DNA of 28,687 nucleotides from Deinococcus radiodurans R1 = ATCC 13939 = DSM 20539 (GTDB taxonomy: Bacteria; Deinococcota; Deinococci; Deinococcales; Deinococcaceae). Below are positions 23,057-28,687 of this stretch, one piece after another. Position 1 is the first letter of the stretch. Every line of letters begins with the position of its first letter. Below the pieces are notes generated by a model, which saw only the letters and a program-made list of their open reading frames with translations, was not told the DNA's origin and searched no databases. The position numbers and the translations under genes are program-made. The DNA is taken from the NCBI RefSeq assembly GCF_000008565.1, contig NC_001263.1:1351487-1380173 (forward strand), written 5' to 3'.

Positions 23057-24039
23057 GCTCGCCCAATAACAATAATCCGTCGGGCAAACTCTCGCCGCGC
23101 GACATCACCCACCAGTCTTTCGACGGACGCATGAGCGGCTACGACAAGGGGCAGGTGCGCGCTTACCTGAACGACGTGGCGCACCGGGTCGAGGCGCTGC
23201 TGCAGGAAAACCGTCAGCAACGCGAGCGCCTCGCCGAGTTGCAGACCGAGCTTCAGGAGAAAAAACAGGCCGAGGACGAGATTCGCCGCGCCATCGTCTC
23301 GGCCGAGCGCATGGCCCACGAGCTGCGCGAGAACGCCGCGCGGGAGGCGAAGGTGCTGCTCGAAGAGACCCGGGCGCGCGGCGCGGAACTTCAGGCCGAG
23401 CAGGAGCGGCGTGGTGGGGACGCCGAGCGCCGGCACGAGCAGCGGCTCGCCGAGCTCGACACCGCCTTTCGCAACCGCTACGCCGAACTCGAGCGCGACC
23501 ACCATGACTGGCTGCTCGCCCGCGAGCGCGAGCAGGGTGAGCGGCTCGCCGACCTCGAGCGGCAGTTTCATGCCCGGCATCAGGACCTCTCCGGACGGCT
23601 GGGCGCGGCTCGGCAGGAATACGCCCAGTTCCTGAGTGCGTACCGGGCGCTGCTCGCGTCGTTCGGTGAGCTGAGCCTGCGCCACACGCTGCCGGAGGAC
23701 GCGCCGTTGCCGCTCTCTTCTCTGTCGGGAGCGGCAGACGAGCCGGCGGAGTCGTTGGGTGGGGCGCCCGGCGCTGCGCGGGTGACGCCGGATGTGGTGG
23801 GGGCGCTGTCGGAGGTGCCGCCGGAGTTGGCCGCCGCGTTGCTTGGCGCAGAGGCAACGCCGGTGAGTGGGACGCCGGGACTCACCGATGGTTTGCCGCG
23901 TCCGCTGGCGCTCAAATCGGTGGACGTGTTGCAGGGGCTGCCCGACGCGGTGCCGGTCTATGCCGGGGACGCGGCGCCCGAAGCGCGGCCCCTCCTGGGA
24001 CGGCACGGCGAGGTGGCCCAGCTGGACGACGAGAAATAA
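23053..24039 (+). CDS. divIVA: DivIVA domain-containing cell-division/polarity protein
   Basis: 328-aa ORF overlapping yggS by 4 nt. It has an N-terminal DivIVA lipid-binding motif ([30 protein letters not shown]), then coiled-coil heptads and a low-complexity tail. Confidence 0.87.
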   Translation: MSSPNNNNPSGKLSPRDITHQSFDGRMSGYDKGQVRAYLNDVAHRVEALLQENRQQRERLAELQTELQEKKQAEDEIRRAIVSAERMAHELRENAAREAKVLLEETRARGAELQAEQERRGGDAERRHEQRLAELDTAFRNRYAELERDHHDWLLAREREQGERLADLERQFHARHQDLSGRLGAARQEYAQFLSAYRALLASFGELSLRHTLPEDAPLPLSSLSGAADEPAESLGGAPGAARVTPDVVGALSEVPPELAAALLGAEATPVSGTPGLTDGLPRPLALKSVDVLQGLPDAVPVYAGDAAPEARPLLGRHGEVAQLDDEK

Positions 24040-24080
24040 AAACGGCCAGGCCGTCGTCCGGGGGGACAGGCGGCCTGGCG
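24034..24080 (-). terminator. intrinsic terminator downstream of the LolA-like gene (overlaps the divIVA stop codon)
   Basis: A GCCAGGCCG...CGGCCTGGC stem with an inner GTCC/GGAC pairing. On the minus strand it is followed by GTTTTTATTT. Confidence 0.6.
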
Positions 24081-24094
24081 TGCTTGTCGTGAGG

Positions 24095-24745
24095 TTACTG
24101 GCGGATGATCTGGGCGCTCTTGGGCAACTGCCGCAGGGCCGCGGCGTTGAGGCCACTGTTGGTCTTGTAGTTGCTGACGTTAAGGTCGGCGACTGTCTTG
24201 CCGCTGCTGAGGAGCTGCACGCGGGTGGGGCGCCAGCCGGCTTCAGTGATCCAGACGCGGGTGCGGTCGGTGCCGCCGTTCTTGGGCTGCGCTTCGAGCT
24301 GGAAGGTGCGCTGGCCCGCGCTGCCGCTGGTGCCGAGCAGTTTGACGTTGTAGCCCGCGAGCAGCGAGGCGGGGTTGCTCAGCTGCGTGAAGTCGAGGTC
24401 GCCCAGGCCGCTCTGGCCCGTCGCCTTGCTCAGCGGCATAACCGTGATCTGGTTGGTCAGGAAGAGGTACTGACGCACTTCCTTGCGGTCGGCCACGACG
24501 ATGTTGTCGGCCAGGGCGTCGGGGGCGGCGAACTGGAGCCGCGCGAGGTTCTGGGCGGGAATGGCACGTACCGTCAGGTCGATGGTCTGATTGCCGCTGT
24601 CGGCGTTCGCGGTGCCGTTGACGCGGAACGAGAGGTCTTTGACGGCCTTCTGGGCGCTGTCGACACGGTTAAGAATGTCCTGGGCACTCTGGGCGCCGGC
24701 GGCTCCCAGGGTCAGGGCAAGGAAAAGAGGCAGGGTCTTGCGCAT
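24095..24745 (-). CDS. LolA-like periplasmic protein (outer-membrane lipoprotein-sorting protein family)
   Basis: Start chosen at [18 protein letters not shown] (a type I signal peptide with no Cys). The mature part ([20 protein letters not shown]...[16 protein letters not shown]...) resembles LolA/RseB-fold proteins. Confidence 0.72.
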   Translation of the reverse strand: MRKTLPLFLALTLGAAGAQSAQDILNRVDSAQKAVKDLSFRVNGTANADSGNQTIDLTVRAIPAQNLARLQFAAPDALADNIVVADRKEVRQYLFLTNQITVMPLSKATGQSGLGDLDFTQLSNPASLLAGYNVKLLGTSGSAGQRTFQLEAQPKNGGTDRTRVWITEAGWRPTRVQLLSSGKTVADLNVSNYKTNSGLNAAALRQLPKSAQIIRQ

Positions 24746-24751
24746 GCCGTC

Positions 24752-24757
24752 AGTATG
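24752..24757 (-). promoter_or_regulatory. candidate -10-like hexamer CATACT, 6 nt before the LolA-like ATG
   Basis: The minus strand reads GCCCATACTGACGGCATG. Confidence 0.35.
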
Positions 24758-24806
24758 GGCGGCTCCGCCATGAGAAGGCCGCGCCCTGGCTGATGCAAGG
24801 TTGAGG

Positions 24807-25721
24807 TCAGGGGGTGTCGTCGCCTTGCTGGCCCAGCGGCAGGCTGTACTGGAGGGCGGCCCCGAAACCGGGCTGCCCGTCCAGACCCTGACCGCCCCGC
24901 AGGGACACGCCGAGTTGCCCGCGCCCCAGGGGGCGGCTGAGGTCGGCGCCGTAGCGCAGCGGCGCACTGAAGCGGCGCCAGGGCTCGTAGCTGGCGTAGG
25001 CGGACAGTTCGGTATCGCCCAGCGGCGGCAGGTTCAGCCGGGCGCTGAGGCTGGGTTGGGCTCCCAGCAGGGCGTCGGCGCTGAGGCTCAGGCCACTGCC
25101 GGTGCGGTAGGTCACGCCAGTGCTCAGGCCGAGAACATCCTGCCCGGCCCGCACGCCGCCGCGCAGCAGCAGGACGTTGTCGGGGTCGGCGTCTGCGGCG
25201 GGGGCGCGGCGCCATTCGAGTTCGGCGAGCGTGTTCGCTTGGGCACCGAGTTCGCTGTGGCCGTGCGCGGTCAGAAAGCGGCTGAGGCGGTAGCGGGCGT
25301 CGAGGTTGACGTTCCAGCCTTGTGGTCGTAGGTCGTGGGCTTCCTCCTGCCAGGGCGCGAGCGGCGCTTCGGTGCTGAGGGGTGCATTGAAGACCTCTCC
25401 CCCGATGCCCAGGGCCACAGGGCCGACGCTGCCGCCCAGCTGGCCGCGTAGGCGCAGGCCGCCGCTCCAGGGGTGGCTGAGTTCCGCGTCGCCCTGCACG
25501 GCGCCCAGGGCGGGCAGGCTGAGGCTCTGGCGATAGCTGGCGCGGATGGCGTGGGTGGAGACGCCGAAGCGGGTCTGCCCTGGGCCGGTAGGGAGGTCGG
25601 TGACGGCGGCTTCGAGGAAGGGGCGGTTGGAGGTGGAGAATTGGGTGCTGAGCTGGAGGTCGGTGGCTTGGGCGACGCTGCTGCTGAGGGCGAGGAACAG
25701 GGGGATGAGGGGGCGGGACAT
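24807..25721 (-). CDS. secreted hypothetical protein, predicted outer-membrane beta-barrel
   Basis: Start chosen at [19 protein letters not shown] (signal peptide). There are more than 12 segments of alternating hydrophobic/polar residues ([55 protein letters not shown]), and codon usage is native. I recognise no family. Confidence 0.6.
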   Translation of the reverse strand: MSRPLIPLFLALSSSVAQATDLQLSTQFSTSNRPFLEAAVTDLPTGPGQTRFGVSTHAIRASYRQSLSLPALGAVQGDAELSHPWSGGLRLRGQLGGSVGPVALGIGGEVFNAPLSTEAPLAPWQEEAHDLRPQGWNVNLDARYRLSRFLTAHGHSELGAQANTLAELEWRRAPAADADPDNVLLLRGGVRAGQDVLGLSTGVTYRTGSGLSLSADALLGAQPSLSARLNLPPLGDTELSAYASYEPWRRFSAPLRYGADLSRPLGRGQLGVSLRGGQGLDGQPGFGAALQYSLPLGQQGDDTP

Positions 25722-25727
25722 GGTGTT

Positions 25728-25733
25728 AGGGTA
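25728..25733 (-). promoter_or_regulatory. candidate -10 hexamer TACCCT, 6 nt before the barrel-gene ATG (leaderless)
   Basis: The minus strand reads CAAATACCCTAACACCATG. Confidence 0.45.
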
Positions 25734-25791
25734 TTTGAGAAACAGCATCTCCTTTCCTTTTTTAATATAAATTTTTCTAAAAAGCTCGCGC

Positions 25792-25797
25792 TATGGT
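25792..25797 (+). promoter_or_regulatory. candidate -10 hexamer TATGGT, 6 nt before the ATG at 25804
   Basis: GCGCTATGGTGGAGCTATG, preceded by an AT-rich tract (TTTTTTAATATAAATTTTTCTAAAAA). Confidence 0.4.
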
Positions 25798-25803
25798 GGA
25801 GCT

Positions 25804-26298
25804 ATGAAGAAGATGGCTTTTGCGGCAATCGCTCTTGGATTGGTGGCCTGCGCGCCGGCGCAGCAGCAACGGCTGGTTTACCCGCCGACTGTCGAGGTTG
25901 AGCGAATCCAGCTCACGAGTTTCAGTTTGCCGGCACCGGGGCGGGCAGCTGTTGCGGGAGTAAGGCTGGAACTTAATGTGGACAATCCCAATCCATTGCC
26001 TGTTCGGCTGGTGCAACTGGCCGGAGTGCTGGTGCTCGACGGTCAGGAAGCTGGAACCGTAACCGTTCCCGATATCCGTTTGCCGGGGCAAGGGCGGGCG
26101 CGGCAGGTGGCGCAGCTCACGTTGCCGGTGACGTTCAAGACGGCGACCACTTTTCTCAACATTGCGCGTGGGCAAGAGGTGAGCTACCGGTTGGACGGAA
26201 CTCTGACGGCTGACCTCGGCCCGCTGGGACAGCCGACGTTTGGGCCTTTTACTTTGACCCAGGGGGTGTGGAAGCAGGCGCCTTTATCGGTGTTTTGA
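25804..26298 (+). CDS. WHy / LEA14-like (LEA_2) domain lipoprotein, desiccation-stress-related family
   Basis: 164-aa ORF with a signal peptide and the lipobox GLVAC. The mature part has the LEA14/WHy pattern (V.RI.L...........L.V.NPNP.P..L..L.G.L.L.G........................V). From memory this corresponds to the D. radiodurans LEA14-like protein DR_1372 (DrwH). Confidence 0.85.
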   Translation: MKKMAFAAIALGLVACAPAQQQRLVYPPTVEVERIQLTSFSLPAPGRAAVAGVRLELNVDNPNPLPVRLVQLAGVLVLDGQEAGTVTVPDIRLPGQGRARQVAQLTLPVTFKTATTFLNIARGQEVSYRLDGTLTADLGPLGQPTFGPFTLTQGVWKQAPLSVF

Positions 26299-26358
26299 GG
26301 AGAAGAGTAGTCTTCCCTCTCTTTTGTACTTCCCCCTAGGTTTTCATATAAAATATTT

Positions 26359-27120
26359 TTATGACAGCATGCGTAATGCAGTGGCAAGTTGTCGGGCACC
26401 TTCAATCAGGCGGGGGCCAGGGCGGCCCAGACCACTCTCGTGGATGGCGACCACAGGAACGCCGAGGCCCCGGGCTTCGATGACTTCCGGGCGCAGTTTT
26501 TTGGCGCCGCACCACGAGCAGACAATGAGGTCGGGACGGGCAGCGCGAACTTCGTCCAAGGTGAGGGGGCGGGAACGGCCCGGCTCGTCTGCCAGAGCGT
26601 TGACGGCGCCCAGGGCCGCGAGCAGGTCAGTCACCCAGGAGTCGCGGGTTGCGGCGATGATGGGCCGGGGCCACCATTCCACCAGCACCCGTGGAGAGCG
26701 GGGAAAGTCGGTATACAGCGCGCGCAGCTCAGTCTCAAACGCCTGCACGACCTGTTCGGCGCGGGCGCCCTGACCTGTCAGCTCCCCTATCCGGCGGATG
26801 TCGGCCAGAATTTCGGGCAGCGTCACCGGGTCGAAAACGGCGGTGGGCAACCCTGCCGCTTGGACTTCAGCCACCACGCGGTCTTGCCCAGGCACGCTCA
26901 GGCTGGCGAGCACCAGATCGGGGCGCGTCTGCGCGAGTGCTGGCACGTCTATGTCAAGATCCAGGCCCACCCGCCGCGCGCTTTCCAGGCCCGGCGCGTC
27001 CGAGTGATTGTCTACCGCCACCACCCAGCTGCTGAGGCCGAGCGCGGCCAGGATATCGGAGTTGCTGGCGACCAGCGAGGCCAGCCGCAGGGGTGTGGAC
27101 GCAGAAGCAGGAGTTGGCAT
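26359..27120 (-). CDS. periplasmic-binding-protein type 2 (BtuF/TroA-like, cobalamin/siderophore-binding fold) without a recognisable signal peptide
   Basis: LRLASLVASNSDILAALGL...VVAVDNHSD...TRPDLVLAS...RPDLIV is the typical PF01497-type pattern. Start chosen at the ATG at 27120; the ORF is open to a TTG at 27153. Confidence 0.78.
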   Translation of the reverse strand: MPTPASASTPLRLASLVASNSDILAALGLSSWVVAVDNHSDAPGLESARRVGLDLDIDVPALAQTRPDLVLASLSVPGQDRVVAEVQAAGLPTAVFDPVTLPEILADIRRIGELTGQGARAEQVVQAFETELRALYTDFPRSPRVLVEWWPRPIIAATRDSWVTDLLAALGAVNALADEPGRSRPLTLDEVRAARPDLIVCSWCGAKKLRPEVIEARGLGVPVVAIHESGLGRPGPRLIEGARQLATALRMLS

Positions 27121-27226
27121 GGGCGGTCCCAGTGTAGGCCAGCCGCAGGGCAAAGGTCCCGCTGGGGCAGCGGGCAGGTGCGTGTACGCTCACCGCAACT
27201 TCAAGCCCCCAGCGAAGGTCCTGACT

Positions 27227-28687
<1,461 letters not shown>

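Noticed and set aside
25688-25717. Potential G-quadruplex (GGG-N9-GGGGG-N4-GGGGG-N1-GGG) next to the barrel-gene start in the divergent control region.
   Set aside because: Comparable G-run clusters occur inside ordinary coding sequence in this window (for example 16395-16450), so in DNA this GC-rich it is not distinguishable from background without genome-wide statistics or biophysical tests.
26359-26376. TTATGACAGCATGCGTAA, with RDRM-like ends.
   Set aside because: The spacer is 6 nt (an 18-mer), position 6 is wrong, and it lies at the 3' end of a gene at a convergent junction, not in a promoter.
27121-27226. Possible cobalamin riboswitch upstream of the BtuF-like gene.
   Set aside because: The gap is only 106 bp and is shared with the topA promoter. 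I found no B12-box-like string.

Overview
This is a high-GC (about two-thirds G+C by eye) bacterial chromosomal segment. Gene content, gene order and promoter style point to Deinococcus. From memory it matches D. radiodurans R1 chromosome 1 around uvrC / metNIQ / pdxST / divIVA / LEA14-like / topA, roughly DR_1346 to DR_1374; a BLAST search is needed to confirm this.

I support 29 protein-coding genes plus one unannotated small-ORF candidate:
- Translation and DNA functions: aspS, hisS, uvrC, and the 5' part of topA.
- Methionine uptake: a SAM-I (S-box) riboswitch with terminator controls a metN-metI-metQ-metQ' operon.
- PLP and amino-acid metabolism: pdxS-pdxT-aspartate kinase, divergent from yggS-divIVA.
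- Envelope: lnt, a PAP2 phosphatase, a DAG-kinase-family lipid kinase and two lipobox lipoproteins.
- Enzymes: M19 dipeptidase, class-V aminotransferase, two tandem alpha/beta hydrolases, a metallophosphoesterase, a cytoplasmic SH3b-NlpC/P60 peptidase and a Gfo/Idh/MocA oxidoreductase.
- A LolA-like periplasmic protein next to an orphan predicted beta-barrel, divergent from a WHy/LEA14-type lipoprotein.

I found no rRNA, tRNA, CRISPR array, IS element, integrase or recognisable defence system. The many long ORFs antisense to real genes are high-GC artefacts.

The window is mostly core housekeeping, and I cannot demonstrate a clear new multi-gene system. The best leads:
1. The barrel / LolA-like / WHy-lipoprotein envelope module, next to a two-gene island of atypical codon usage.
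2. An RDRM-like palindrome lying exactly on the aspS -10 element.
3. A pair of 15-bp repeats in the aminotransferase promoter.
4. A 60-codon ORF with the strongest Shine-Dalgarno site in the window, overlapping the uvrC 3' end convergently.
5. A recurrent leaderless promoter architecture (TANNNT, then 6-8 nt, then the start codon), which also helps choose start codons.
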